Shown: piece by piece, positions 12,701 to 24,589 of the stretch
Layout: every line of letters begins with the position of its first letter
Numbering within the stretch: position 1 is the stretch's first letter
Source of the DNA: Lingula anatina
Lineage: Eukaryota > Animalia > Brachiopoda
Direction: 5' to 3'
NCBI GenBank assembly: GCA_051362555.1
Contig: CM120641.1
Coordinates: 3,844,001-3,908,000 of the forward strand
Length of the DNA: 64,000 bases
Made by a program: the position numbers and the translations under genes
Notes under the pieces: generated by a model
The model's database searches: none
What the model was told of the DNA's origin: nothing
The model's input: the letters and a program-made list of their open reading frames with translations, nothing else

Positions 12701-15700
12701 GAATAATTATCACCAATTTTTGATTATTGACTATAAATAGCATGGACATGTAGAAAATTTGATTACCATTAGGCTTCATGTCCATGGGAGCTCTGAGTCC
12801 CACAATGAATATGCCAAAAAGATAATGAATATTTCATTAAGTGTATAACTTCCAGAAAAAGAAGCCAATTAGACTGCTTTTCCAACTCGGGCTGCATTTT
12901 AGTCCTGTGTTTCTTTTTTGAAAGTTTGACAGTAATAAGTAACACCGTTTTCCCATAATGGTCATCATGGCAGCAGCACCAAATATTGTGTTTTCTTCTA
13001 TTTTGATGCAACATTACATAATGCTTAACAGCATAATGACCATCAATTTTAAATGATAAAATATACGTGTCATGGATTTTCAGAAAATGTGACTAGCAAG
13101 GGTCTTCAAGCCCGTGGAGGTTCTAAGTCGCACCTTGAAAATGTCAATAAGTGAAAAATTAAATTTTCACAAAAAACTGTTAAATTGCCAGAAAAATTTA
13201 CCAAACAGACTGCATTGCCTACTGAGGCTGTATGTTAGACCCATGTTTCTTTCTTGTAAGTTTGAGAACAGCAAGTGACATGTTTTCCCTTAAATGGTCA
13301 TCATAGGAGCAGTGCCCTAAATAGGGGTTTCTTCAAATTTTGATGCAACGTTACATAATGTTTAACAGCATAATAACCATCAAATGTTATTAATAAAATA
13401 TTAGTAACATGGACATTCAGAAAACATGACAAGCAAAGGTCTTCAGGCCCATGGAACTTCAAAGTCACATCTTGAAAATGCCAAAATGTAAACAAGACAG
13501 CACTGTCCTGAAATGGGTTTATTTCCATTTTTAACACTTTTTAACATAAAACAAAATAAACATTTTACTGCCATTTTTATATGACCAACTAAGAAAATTG
13601 ATGAGATGGGAAAAGTATCAATAGAACAGTGTTAAATGTCCAATTTCCTCCATTCTGAGATTCTGAACATAGTGGATGATTGAATCTGACAAACTGCAAT
13701 GATATGAGTTTATTTCCATTTTTGACACTTTATTACACAATACATGATAACAAGTTTACCATGTTTTTTTACATAATCAACTAACAATGTTGTAAAGATG
13801 CAGGAAATATCAAACAAACACTTTTACGCATCTAATTAGTTCAATAATGAGACTGTTAACATGCCTAATAATTGAATCTGAGGAAATGTGAAAAAACAGT
13901 ATAACTTCTAAAATAATGGCCCGATTATGCTGATTTTCGAACTCAACCTGCATTTTAGTAAGATTGGCCACTCCTGTGAATATAATGCCAATTGGCCAAT
14001 CCGTTTTTCTTATATTGTGTTATCAGTGTTGCATTTATATTGAAAAGTGAAAAAACAGCATAAATTCCCTAAAAATGGCCCAATCATGCTGATTTTCCAA
14101 CTTGACCTGCGTATTAAGAATTTTCATCAGTTCTGTAAGTTTCAAGCCAAAAGGTAAAATGGTTTTCCACTTACTGTGTTATCGGTGCTGCATATATGCT
14201 GAAAAAGTGAAAAAACAGCATAAATTCCCTTAAAATGGCCCAATCATGCTGATTTTCGAACTTGACCTGCATATTATGAATATTCATCAGTTCTGTAAGT
14301 TTCAAGTCAAAAGGTACAATGGTTTTCCACTTATCGTGTTATCGGTGCTGCATATATGTTGAAAAAAGTGAAAAAACAGCATAAATTCCCTAAGAGTGAC
14401 CCGATCATGCTGATTTTCGAACTTGACCTGCGTATTATGAATATTCATCAGTTCTGCAAGTTTCAAATCAAAAGGCAAAATGGTTTTCCACTTATCGTGT
14501 TATCAGTAAAAGTGCACGGCGACGGCGACGACGGCGACGACGACGGCGACGGCGACGACAGACGCAGATGATGGCTATATGTACAGACACATCTGTGTCT
14601 GTACATAAAAATTGTTTTTGTTTAATTGGATAAAATATCACAGTTGTGGGAGTATATTAAGGGCCAGTTCTCTATGGTAATTGGTAGTGTAGGTGGTTGA
14701 CAACCAGCAGACCTTTGGCAGGTTTCATATAAGGCCATAAGATTAAATTTTTAACTATTGGTCTATAACAAAGAATTTATTTTTCTTCATAAAACAGGTG
14801 AAAAACTTATGTAAGAAGACTACTACTGATTTCTCTTGGGACAAAGCAAACTAATGTTGGTCTTACTAGTACTAGTAAGTTCTTTGGTGAAAAGGACCCC
14901 AGGATTGTAGCTACAGAGATAAATCATTGGAAAATGAAATGGAGAATGAAAAAGGCTGAAATTGAAATTTAGCATAGAGAAGATTCACTGGTTTTAATTC
15001 CTATTGAAGGAAAGGACAATTTCCAAAATGTTTTAACTAAGTCTGTTAAAAACTGTCCTGCAATAATACAAATTGTAAATTGATTACTCTCAGTGCAAAA
15101 AGAAAGTGTTGTGTCTAATAATGGGTCCCCTAACCTTAACAGTCTAATATATGCCAGTTGATTGTAAACTCCTCTCCCTCCCAAGTACATACACACTTCT
15201 ACCTTCCTAATGTTATGAAAAGCAAGAAAAATGTCCTATTAGTGGGTAACCAAAACCAAAAATGGCTGTAAGCAAACTTTTTTCTATTCCTAAAATTGGC
15301 TTTGTAAACTGGTGCACAAAAATGGAAGACAAAATGTCCACTTCTGAAAGTTCTGAGGCCATGCCCACAAAAAGTGTTGAGAACTACCTTTTGTCCTAAA
15401 TACAATCTCTAAAATACAAAAAGTCAGTTGAAGTGTAATAAAAAGTGAGACGGGTGTAATGTTACCAGTAATGTGTGGCACTGCCTTCCACTGATTTTCC
15501 TAAGGCAACTGTACTAAGTGGAAAATGAGTTTCAAATTTGACACCCTTTTCATCTGATAAAGCAACAATAAATGCAATTGGAAGTGCAACAATAAATAGC
15601 AAACAAAGTTTAACAAAATTTATCTTCCCAACAATGCAATTAATCTTTTTTTGTTAAAAGAATGTAACAGACCGATAGCTCGGGTAGATGTTTCTTTATT

Positions 15701-18700
15701 GTTGTTGTACAAATATCTCCAAATATCTCCAAATATCTCCAAATATCTCCAAATATCTGCAAGAGCAATATAAACAAATTAATTTTAAACAATTACATAT
15801 ACAAAATTTACACTGACGAAAGACAAGAAAGACAGAACAAAGAAATAAAAATATAACAATGCCAAAAACACCATAAAAAATAAATATATCAATTTAGAAA
15901 TGTATGAATTTAAACTATGGATTGGTCCTTTATTAAATATAGTTAAACTTACCTGCAAGCTCACTGGAATACCTATTTCAGTTATTCAACCTGCATCTCC
16001 GTCCGACTCTCAGGTGGAAATCAAATTTTATGGGGCGCGGTCTTTCAACCCTTGACCTCCACGTACACATACGAACATACACAATACACACCGAACGCAA
16101 TCATAGCTAACACAACAAACACAGCAAACCTTACATTCTCCCCTCCCCCCGAAATGGGTTCCACAGCATTAAAAACAACAACAACAACATCAATCTTTGA
16201 TTTATATTTATTATGCCATATAATTTTATTTACAATATCCAATCTTTGTTATTCATCCATTCTGGCCTGTTCCTACTTCTTGTGGTCGTACTTCTGCAAG
16301 TTCTTCATTCTTTTTTTCTTCATATTCCTGTTTCATTTCATAGATGGGAAGTAACATGTTTTGATGTAGCGTCTTTGATTTTCCTGCACCATCTTCTCTT
16401 TTCACTACATACACTGGAATACCATCATTCTGCTGATCTACTACCACAAACACTTCACTCTGCCATCTATCAGCAATCTTGGTGTTTAGCATCGAATGCG
16501 ACATTCCGAACTAAAACACGGTGATATAAAACATCAGACGCAGGACTTGAGTGACCTTCTGATCGCATTTAATAAAACGGCATCGGAATAAATACCGCCA
16601 CATCGAAGAGCTTTGACTTCAAACAGCCACTGCTTAAATGGAATACCAGATGGAAATTTAAAGTCTTTCAATTCAGAGTCTGTAATTTGTTCAGGCAGTC
16701 CAGTAATGACAATGCTTCTTGACCTTAATAAAGACGATGGGTAGGCCATTCTCAAAACCGTTTATGCCTGATGCTAGCTAATATATATACATCACATTCA
16801 TTCATGAATAATAACAACACAATAGTAAAAAATGTTTATTTATTCATTGTCAAGTACATATCAATAGCATCAATTCACAGTCATGATTTCACACCATCAT
16901 ATCAATATCAACACAACATATTCATAATCAGTTGAAAACACATTCAAAACTCACACATCGGGAGAAATGTAGGCCCCCTTTCCCCCAGGCAAGAAAAAAA
17001 ATCCCTAAATAAATATCACTTACCTGAGAGAAACTGCTGGATATATAGGACCATAAGACTCCGTGTCTTTATATAGAACTAGTTCACTAATTAGAACCAA
17101 TCCAATAGTCTGAGATATCGCCAACTATGATCTAAAATTGGTGTGTTTAGAACTGTCTGCAAAAAAAAATAAGAAAATTAGTCAAACTACTGTAAAGAAT
17201 CAAACTGATAAGAAAAAATAAATAAATTATTTGATATTCATTACTTTAAAGAACTCCTACGAAGCCTGGTAATCAACAAACCAACGTGTTAGATGAAAAT
17301 AAAAATTCTACCAACGTTCTGTTTGTATTATACCTAGCCTCAAATATACAAATTACTGATGAAAAACATATGTACAGGTATTAAATTAGTTAATCAAAAG
17401 TCTTTATATGGACAAATCCAATAGTCAATGTGAATAGTAGTCCAATTTTATGCAACAGTGCAATCAGAAAAGTTCAAAATCAATGTCTGAATATCGGCAA
17501 AAAAAATATTAAAGTCCACAGTCAAATGAAATATATACAGCCTAGGCAAAATATGTACACTGCAGTCAATGTAAAGTTCGACAATTACGCCAAACCAAGC
17601 AACCAAATCCTCGACTGTCAACTCGTAGCTGTCCACATAGACCTATGCGAATCGGGCACAGTCACAAACGCACAGCATTAGATCGACGACAACTCGTCCA
17701 TGGCCATCACCACATCATCTGAATATACTGATCGGTGTTTTACCGGACAGCAAGAAAAACAATCCCTCTTCACTGGACCGTGTTCTACGGGGCAGCGGGA
17801 ATCCTTGGCGGAGAGAAAGAAAGTATCCCTCTTCTCTGGACCGTGTTCTACGGGGCAGCGGGAATCCTTGGCGGAGAGAAAGAAAGTATCCCTCTTCTCT
17901 GGACCGTATTATACGGGGCAGTGGGGACCCTTGGAGGACGGACGAAAATATCTCTCTTAACAGGCCGTGACTCTTGCAGATATCGATTTGTAGTCAAGTC
18001 TCTGTTCGGGCGCCAAATGTAACAGACCGATAGCTCGGGTAGATGTTTCTTTATTGTTGTTGTACAAATATCTCCAAATATCTCCAAATATCTCCAAATA
18101 TCTCCAAATATCTGCAAGAGCAATATAAACAAATTAATTTTAAACAATTACATATACAAAATTTACACTGACGAAAGACAAGAAAGACAGAACAAAGAAA
18201 TAAAAATATAACAATGCCAAAAACACCATAAAAAATAAATATATCAATTTAGAAATGTATGAATTTAAACTATGGATTGGTCCTTTATTAAATATAGTTA
18301 AACTTACCTGCAAGCTCACTGGAATACCTATTTCAGTTATTCAACCTGCATCTCCGTCCGACTCTCAGGTGGAAATCAAATTTTATGGGGCGCGGTCTTT
18401 CAACCCTTGACCTCCACGTACACATACGAACATACACAATACACACCGAACGCAATCATAGCTAACACAACAAACACAGCAAACCTTACAAGAATAAAAA
18501 GAAATCGAGACAATTTGATTATAATTTGCATATTTTTGGAATAACTTTTATTTCCTTCAGCAAAACACAAAGAAAAAAAAGTTTTTTAAGATAATGTCGA
18601 GGTTACTGGGACGGGTCAAAAATACACATTCAAACTTTAAAAAAATTATCCAGTTTTCTTCCACAATCTAATCTAAACACCCACACAGTCTGAAATACTA

Positions 18701-21700
18701 ATTTGCTACAACAAAAACAGACCCACAGGGCATTTTTTTAGTGATGACAGCATTGGAAAAAAATTCCAGCTACGCAAGTTTGCAACAGTCACTTTATGCT
18801 GCAGACACATTCTAAACAATTTTACGTTAAAACATTAAAACTGTATGTATCATCTGGTCATACCTGTTGTACCAATCTCGTTTACATGGATGTTAAACTG
18901 ACCTTTATTTATGAGGACATTCATCTGCATGAATTCTTATCAACCAGTGTACTGAGACCTCTTTTGTTAGCATTACTTGAAGAATTAGTTGTCATTAGTT
19001 TCCAGCAGTTGACTTTAATGATGATTTACTTCATGTCTCTCCTGCATGCTACTAGTGGTTGATGCATTGTTACCTTAGACATCATTGATCAGGCTGAAAT
19101 GTGTGAGTGTAGTATGTGGAGTGCATGTGTGCCTACATATGTACATTTTGTACACTCACATCAACAGGAGTCCATGCACTGATTTATGTGTGGAGACTGA
19201 TTATCTATACATTTGCATATGTGTGAGTGTGTAGTGAAAAAAAAGTTCGACTGACCAAATATTGAAAATGAAAGTAGTATGGCATTGACATTGTCACTAT
19301 CACCTTCTAAATAAAAAGCGACACACGTTACCAATGGATTTACCTGTGACCTCCAGGTCTGAATTCAATAGTAACACCATTTGACACAGACACAGCCCTC
19401 CTGTCAAGGTGTATCAGTTTCTAAAACAACAGTTTAAGGACATCCCACTGATAACCATGTGTTGTATACAGCCCTACAGCTAGTAAGAGAACCACACAGG
19501 AGATGCTTCAACTCAGCTGACCTCCAATTATCATGTCCCTCTTTGTACTTTAATATGGGCATGTGAATCCTGGTTAAGAATCTATCAATGTGTGTGCATA
19601 AACATATAGGTAAATAAAGCAAAAAGATGACATCATTTCTATAAATGTGATGGTAAAAAATCTTTATCTTTTCAAATCTTTTTTAAACAGGGCAACTGCA
19701 TTCTCTGTCCAGTGAGAGAATCACATTTTTCAATCACAGGTAATCACTTTCTTAAAAGTCATACAGAAAATGAATCTATGCTTCACTCAACTTATACCAG
19801 ACATTCTTAACCTCATCATGTCCTGTGTGTCATCTTCAGTGGTTGGTTTTATATTTGCTTTTAATTCAACATCCATTTTTTTCAGTTATTACAAAAACAC
19901 AGACAGGCTCTGACTATCACGGGCAGTTTTCCCTTTCACCACCAAGATACTTGGTATGCACCAATTCCTGACCTGTGAGAAGTTTTATATATCTTTCTCC
20001 CCATCTACCAGGGCAACAGGCACTCAGTTTACCTGGGGCCAGTCTTACAGTAGAACCTGAGACTGAAAGTTGGTCATAATCTTACTTAGGGGCCTTTCCC
20101 AAAAACTATCGTAGTAAGAAGAGGCATGTTAATCTGTTCATGAATCTGACTGCATCTGATCTGATCCAACTATATGTAAGCCTTAAAGATATATTTTCTA
20201 ATGTTTCTTGGCAGGTATTTGTGATATGCAGCCTCTCACACACTTATTCCTCATCTGTAATCGTTGGGATTATAAATAAACCATGAAATAATCCTTTCTA
20301 TATCTATCCTCACCTATAAAACTGTTGCTGATTCCCCATGCCAGGTGAGAGCTAACTGATATTAGGATAGTACTAGTAAGTGAATATACAGCCACTATAA
20401 AGTGTTTTTCATGCATATCAAATTCTTTTCCTTACATAAAACTTTTACTTTCTTTTTTCAAAATTCCATGAAAATGAGCAAGAAATATAGGAAACTGTAT
20501 CTTGGCTGAATTATAATAAATTTAATTGGCACTCAGAAAAGTTGCTAAATATTGCACTGAATGAGAAATATTCCTGTATGGTCAAACTGTTGTGGATTGA
20601 CCCCATAATAACAATACAGATATAAATATTTCCTGGTTTGGTACATAAATAAATAGATATTTAGGGATGGTTTTTATAGATTATCACCTAAATTATCTCA
20701 TTACAAGACACCATTTCTTTTATATGTGTTTTATAATGATGATAATCCCACCTGAATTTTGGACAAATTCTGATTACCTCTATCAGGTAAAACATATATT
20801 ACAACATTGTGTTTAATATAAACTTTATATGGTTTCTGACCTGACTGCCAGGCATCATCAATATGAAATCATACTATACTGTCTTGGAAGTAAAACCATC
20901 TCACCTGAGCCTAAAGACAGAACTTTGGGTAAATTTTATTTTTACAGCTGTGCCAGAATGAACCCTCTTCTAAGATACATATTTGTACTTCTGGTATAAC
21001 CCCTACAGCCCTTATACTGTAAATCTCTATAAACCCGATGAGAGTTGGCCCCAAATTACCAACACAAAGAGATTGTTCACAAAGCTTTCAATGAAACCAC
21101 AATTTATCAAACCTCAACCAAAGCCAAATATGAAGATATGTAATTTCAGTTGATAAAAACTTACAAGAAAACAAAGGCTTAATGCCTATCACAATTCCAC
21201 ACAAATGAACATGTTTTTCAGTACCCTGGGGTTCAGATTCTCTCTGCTGTTCTAGCAGTTATGAAACTGATTGTCATTCAAATAATTTTGTAACAGCTAT
21301 AAGGACATATGGTAGAAAGTAAGTTTTATATGTACTTTATTTATTTACATTTTCATCTATCAAAAGCTAACTCAATAGTTATCTCAGTAGCATACAGCCT
21401 CTAAGAAATATCCATACTTGAAATATATGGATCAAACAACAACCTCATGACCTTTATTCTTTCACCCTGAAACTCAGGTTAGAAAGTTATTTTAAGAGAT
21501 AAACAGGGTACCAAGTAAACCTCAGCCCACTTCCATTGTGCTAGAGATAAATTTAAAGGGTATCGATTTCAAATAAAGAAAAGTCATTTTTTTTAAACCC
21601 ATCATTCTGAAACTCAGGGTGAAAGGCTATTCATAGTGGCAAACACAGTTAGATTAACATTAGTCCAGACAAGCTGCTCAATCCTGATTAAGAGTTCTAC

Positions 21701-22946
21701 ACAAGGAGGGATACATTATCTGGTATGTGATACACTGAGCCATTAACAGAAACTTGGAATGTTTGAATGAGTCAATGTCTCCACTGACCCAGGACATTAA
21801 TGCCATGAGGAGACATAGAAATGTCACACTTATGAATCATTAACTTGATTAAAGTGAAAGATATTGGCAGCTTATTGAATTATGTATGTTAATGAAGATG
21901 TATCGAAAATCATAAAAATAGATCTGATTGCGACAATGTCATCACAATATTAGTAGGCTACAATATAAAGTATTTTATTTTGAATTATAAAAAACTTGGT
22001 GCTTACATTTCTTAAAGAAAAACATATTTTACAAAGCATTCCTAGTTCTTCTTCCCTATGAACCTAAATGACCAGAGCAAAGCAATTAGGAAGGTGTGTA
22101 ACTGGGCACTTCACTGCTACCAAAACAGATGTCTGGCAGCAATGAAAATAGGTTGTTTTAGAATCATGGATGATAGATTCCATTTCTACGACCCATTGCA
22201 TGTGTACAAAGGTACATGTAGAAATCCATATTAATATGAATATCTGACAAAGTATTCATTAATTCAACTTCTATTCGAATTAAAAATTTTATTGTAAATC
22301 TACCTTCATGTTTTCACTCCATAGCACTCCTTCTTGAAAGAATACTAAATTCTCAAATTAAGGACTGTATTTTAAGAAGGCCACACAGAAATGAATGCAA
22401 GGGGAACTACAGAATAACAGTTATCAAAACTGACATTTATTTTGCACCCACTATTATATATTGTGAAAGTATACATACTTCAACACTAATTCAGGCTGTG
22501 AATAAGAAAGACTCCTGTAGTTACAGGTGCGGGTTTACTTATTTGATACTGTACCGGGGTTATAGTGGTGTTATCAGAAGTACAAATCTCACGCCTACTA
22601 GCAATGCATACATAAACGATGAACCGACCTACTACTACTCCTCAATCAAGGTAAAGTTATCTTAACTAGTAGAATGCACCATGACAATTACTTATTGAAC
22701 GACTTTGAATGACACAGTCGCGGGAAAGCAATTAAACTGACATTAAAACGACACTCATGACAAAGGTTAATTACAACACATGTTCACAATTTCCTCAAAC
22801 CGACCATTTCCTATTTTGGTCAATCATCGACTTACCCTCTGAATGGAGAGTGGGGCGCTGAAATCCTTTCCCCCCTGCATACGAAACCCCCATGGTGTGC
22901 TGTGATCTACACGCGCTAAGTTCGCTTTTATCTGGACGCCTGACAT
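219..22946 (-). CDS. Gene 1 (multi-exon, 3' end outside window): PDZ and LIM domain protein, Enigma/Zasp-like (PDLIM5/7/LDB3, Zasp52 type). Exons 22836-22946, 11191-11342, 10763-10808, [8120-8128], 6130-6215, 5614-5744, 4281-4440 (or 3676-3709), 2002-2160, 1291-1307, 710-938, 219-405
   Basis: The main chain of ten exons has GT-AG ends and compatible phases (1278 nt = 426 codons in window). It encodes PDZ (PWGFRMQGG...GDILLRV...HKEAQ), ZM motif HSQYNSPFGLY, AM-like QSHSFTVL and QSKTYQLL, and LIM CAEC..RGPFVIALGKNWCPDHFVC, resembling the first of the three C-terminal Enigma/Zasp LIMs, plus the start of the next LIM. Confidence 0.9.
533..766. repeat. Diverged ~115-bp tandem duplication spanning an exon/intron boundary of gene 1
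   Basis: 533-642 aligns to 648-766. Confidence 0.8.
710..938 (-). CDS. Gene 1 exon: Pro-rich linker plus start of LIM (IPVCAECGSPIR)
   Basis: cactcatag| acceptor, AG|gtgggt donor, 229 nt, phase 1 to 2; ORF 694-951. Confidence 0.92.
1291..1307 (-). CDS. Gene 1 17-nt microexon (DAPQQG)
   Basis: cattttccttcag| acceptor, AAG|gtaagg donor. Required to convert phase 2 to the phase 1 of the next exon. Confidence 0.75.
2002..2160 (-). CDS. Gene 1 exon: YAVVGKENEVKKYAPSDTLKLVHAEEMDKMKSDPPSGPGVQSKTYQLLDGKVK (second AM-like motif)
   Basis: gtgttcttccag| acceptor, |gtaagt donor, 159 nt, phase 2 to 2, open frame. Confidence 0.8.
3676..3709 (-). CDS. Gene 1 candidate alternative 34-nt exon (DPATVRDAPWAR)
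   Basis: atctttttcag| acceptor, AAG|gtagta donor; same phase pair (1 to 2) as exon 4281-4440. Confidence 0.5.
4031..4270. repeat. Diverged ~112-bp tandem duplication
   Basis: ttctagga..caatccaag.ttaga..aagctgttatttc occurs twice. Confidence 0.65.
4281..4440 (-). CDS. Gene 1 exon with ZM (Zasp-like) motif: DSLPANFAKRQTPSPTAQTEASAQMFHSQYNSPFGLYTNANKSATHLATANKKG
   Basis: tgcatttcag| acceptor, |gtaata donor, 160 nt, phase 1 to 2. Confidence 0.88.
5614..5744 (-). CDS. Gene 1 exon: PADHSVRYDEHKPGQEMHYPGYIDPNAQSHSFTVLKDTIDRGQ (AM-like motif)
   Basis: catttcag| acceptor, |gtaaat donor, 131 nt, phase 2 to 1. QSxSFxxL. Confidence 0.85.
6130..6215 (-). CDS. Gene 1 exon: TYNHPGKLYGDSVDSVTTQMQKTTVTAHR (degenerate ZM-like motif)
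   Basis: attacag| acceptor, |gtatgg donor, 86 nt, phase 0 to 2. YNxPxxLY pattern. Confidence 0.8.
8120..8128 (-). CDS. Gene 1 candidate 9-nt microexon (APK)
   Basis: cctttctttgcttcactccatgcag|GCACCCAAG|gtaacc; frame-preserving between two phase-0 junctions. Confidence 0.45.
8561..8810. repeat. 32-bp minisatellite, about 8 copies
   Basis: Repeated cagtgtgttaggtgtga core with alternating tails. Confidence 0.9.
9708..9752. repeat. (ATTT)n microsatellite
   Basis: Directly visible. Confidence 0.9.
10391..10667. mobile_element. MITE-like inverted-repeat element
   Basis: 22-bp inverted repeat ACAAATGTTCTAACTTAAACAG plus an internal GGTCAAATATGG/CCATATTTGACC pair. Confidence 0.6.
10763..10808 (-). 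CDS. Gene 1 exon 3: (R)GGPAMRKPDSSQFGT
   Basis: tattcag| acceptor, |gtgagt donor, 46 nt, phase 2 to 0. Begins RGG like gene 2 exon 3. Confidence 0.8.
11191..11342 (-). CDS. Gene 1 exon 2: VTPGSLAAKCGLQQGDILLRVGGLHAENMKHKEAQDIIIKSGDHLELTLLR (PDZ C-terminal part)
   Basis: ctttatag| acceptor, |gtgagg donor, 152 nt (same length as exon 2 of genes 2 and 3), phase 0 to 2. Confidence 0.95.
11502..14607 (-). mobile_element. Helentron/DINE-1-like non-autonomous rolling-circle element
   Basis: Terminal palindrome TATGTACAGACAC-agat-GTGTCTGTACATA, (GTCGCC)n microsatellite, about 160-bp core tandem repeats (13888-14510), and an opposite end with subTIR TGTCTGTACAT, stem-loop GACAGCtttGCTGCC and TTGTT. 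Confidence 0.75.
15663..16135 (-). repeat. 3' LTR (473 bp), contains (AAATATCTCC)4
   Basis: Direct repeat of 18018-18490; adjacent 16136-16150 polypurine tract on the minus strand. Confidence 0.95.
16253..16504 (-). pseudogene. Gypsy integrase C-terminal remnant
   Basis: KIADRWQSEVFVVVDQQNDGIPVYVVKREDG..KTLHQNMLLPI resembles the KLADRWE..YVV..PVY.V...TLHRNLLLP pol tail. Confidence 0.7.
16534..16755 (-). pseudogene. Gypsy gag N-terminal remnant (PNMA-like capsid segment)
   Basis: FKQWLFEVKAL...SDAVLLNAIRRSLK resembles Gypsy gag F..W..EV..L...IRRSLRG; truncated. Confidence 0.6.
17762..17940. repeat. 63-bp tandem repeat (about 2.7 copies) in the LTR-element leader
   Basis: atccctcttc(a/t)ctggaccgt recurs at 17762, 17825 and 17888. 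Confidence 0.85.
18018..18490 (-). repeat. 5' LTR (473 bp)
   Basis: Direct repeat of 15663-16135; followed on the minus strand by the PBS at about 17994-18015. Confidence 0.95.
22836..22946 (-). CDS. Gene 1 exon 1: MSGVQIKANLARVDHSTPWGFRMQGGKDFSAPLSIQR (PDZ N-terminal part)
   Basis: ATG at 22946, 111 nt, donor AGG|gtaagt, phase 0, PWGF loop. Not in the ORF track (short). Confidence 0.95.
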
Positions 22947-24472
22947 CGTTGGTTGGCAGTCTCTTTAAAAATCCTACAACAAACTTTTCGACCCTGCCCC
23001 AGTCCTATTTTGATGCATAACTTTCAAGCCTCAGAGTTCCGGTAAATGGCGCCCTCTATCAGCGAGACGGAAGCGATGACGGTATGAGGGAGCAGTAGTT
23101 TTTGTATATCAACTAAAGAGTCAGTTGAGCTTGATAGGCAGAACGATATGACTAATTGTGAAGCGAAATATAGGCGCCTATTTTTAACAAGTAAATACAA
23201 AAATGTAAAAAGGGAAAAACTAATATTCAAAACTGACTTGCCTCCATCTTTTTCACATCTTCTATCTTAGATACATTGTTATATTGTAAATGTACACTAT
23301 CTTTAGTAGGAAAGTCTCATTCTATGTTGCATTGTAACTTTATAAAACAATTTAAGTTTACTGTATATCACACTCACGACTCATTTAGGCTAGTCATATA
23401 TTGGCAAACAGAGTTAGATAAACGCAAGTCGAAAAAGAGTGATCCCGTCTTCACACCTGAAGGGGCGCTACCCTTTACAAAAAAGTGTAAATCTTATCTA
23501 ATCCAAATACGAAGGAACTTCTCATAAAATTCTTTTAGAGTTGCCTGTTTTGTACGCATCTATATTTTGGGAATAATTTTGGATAACATTTAAATGATAA
23601 ATTATAGTTCGAATTCCCCAATGCAGGATGAAAGAAAGAATACAGATTGGCCTACACATTGTAATGAATATCAGTAATTCCACCTCATTTAAAGAAAATA
23701 TTGAGGCTACACTCAATTAGAATCAATTATAGGATCAGTGTTTTTATTTTTGGATTTTTGGTTCATCTTTGTTTTGAAAATTTCCCTTGTTCTCACTGCA
23801 GTCCTTTTAACCCGTCTGGTTGCGTCATGATGTCTGTTGAACAACTAACGCATTCAGAGAGTAAGATAATATAAAAGAGTAAGCTAGAGCTATTCATGGC
23901 TAGTATAAATTTGATCTTAAAATATAAGCTCAGGACTTGACTTTTAAAGTATTACCACAGATGGACATTACACGTTACTTTTTAAAATTTTTTCAGACAA
24001 AAGACTATTCCATCTGCTGGTTTAAATCAACAAGATGCAAAATGACTTTTCATTTTTACAAAAATGATTGCTCCCTAAATCTTTAGTCAATGAAGGTCAT
24101 AAAGGGGAACAGCAGAACATAAACTTCCGGCCCCAGTTGAGAGCGGATATTTGTCATAGTGTGTAATGCATTTATTCATGGTTATAATTCATCTTAATGT
24201 TGATAAACCCACATAAACCACAAGTGTGTGTTTCTTAAAGATTAACACACATTGTTAAAAATTCCGACATTGAGAGAGGACACAGTTTTAAAACAGAGAA
24301 AAACAAAGGGAAATTCATTGCCAGGCTGGAAAATTTACCTCGGCCGCCCTCTACGAAGAAGAGCTATATTCAAATCGAGCGCCATTTGACGTACATCAAG
24401 TCTGAGGCTTTGAAATTTGATCCGGCGCACTATACTTCACTCAGACTCCTTCACTTCTAACAGGTCAACAAC
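22947..24472. promoter_or_regulatory. Bidirectional promoter region between head-to-head genes 1 and 2
   Basis: Divergent ATGs about 1.5 kb apart, locally CpG-retaining, mirrored GCGCCATTT...TCTGAGGCTT motifs upstream of both ATGs. Confidence 0.7.
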
Positions 24473-24589
24473 ATGGAGCAGGGACATCAAAGACTGAGAA
24501 TTACCCTCGCCAGGCCGGACAGTGGGGTGCCCTGGGGGTTCAGGCTTCAGGGTGGGGCCGATTTCACCACACCCCTCTCAATTCAGCTG
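24473..24589 (+). CDS. Gene 2 exon 1: MEQGHQRLRITLARPDSGVPWGFRLQGGADFTTPLSIQL
   Basis: aacATGg start, 117 nt, |gtaagt donor, phase 0, PWGFRL motif. Confidence 0.95.

Larger units (their letters stand above)
15663..18490 (-). mobile_element. Non-autonomous, internally deleted Ty3/Gypsy-type LTR retrotransposon (2828 bp) in gene 1 intron 1
   Basis: Two 473-bp TG...CA LTRs, identical by eye; AGAA 4-bp TSD; PBS TGGCGCCCGAACAGAGAC (tRNA-Lys type) next to the right LTR; PPT next to the left LTR; gag and integrase remnants. Confidence 0.95.

Noticed and set aside
21221-21245. gtaccctggggttcagattc, resembling PWGFR coding sequence
   Set aside because: Frameshifted, no flanking similarity, no ATG or donor.
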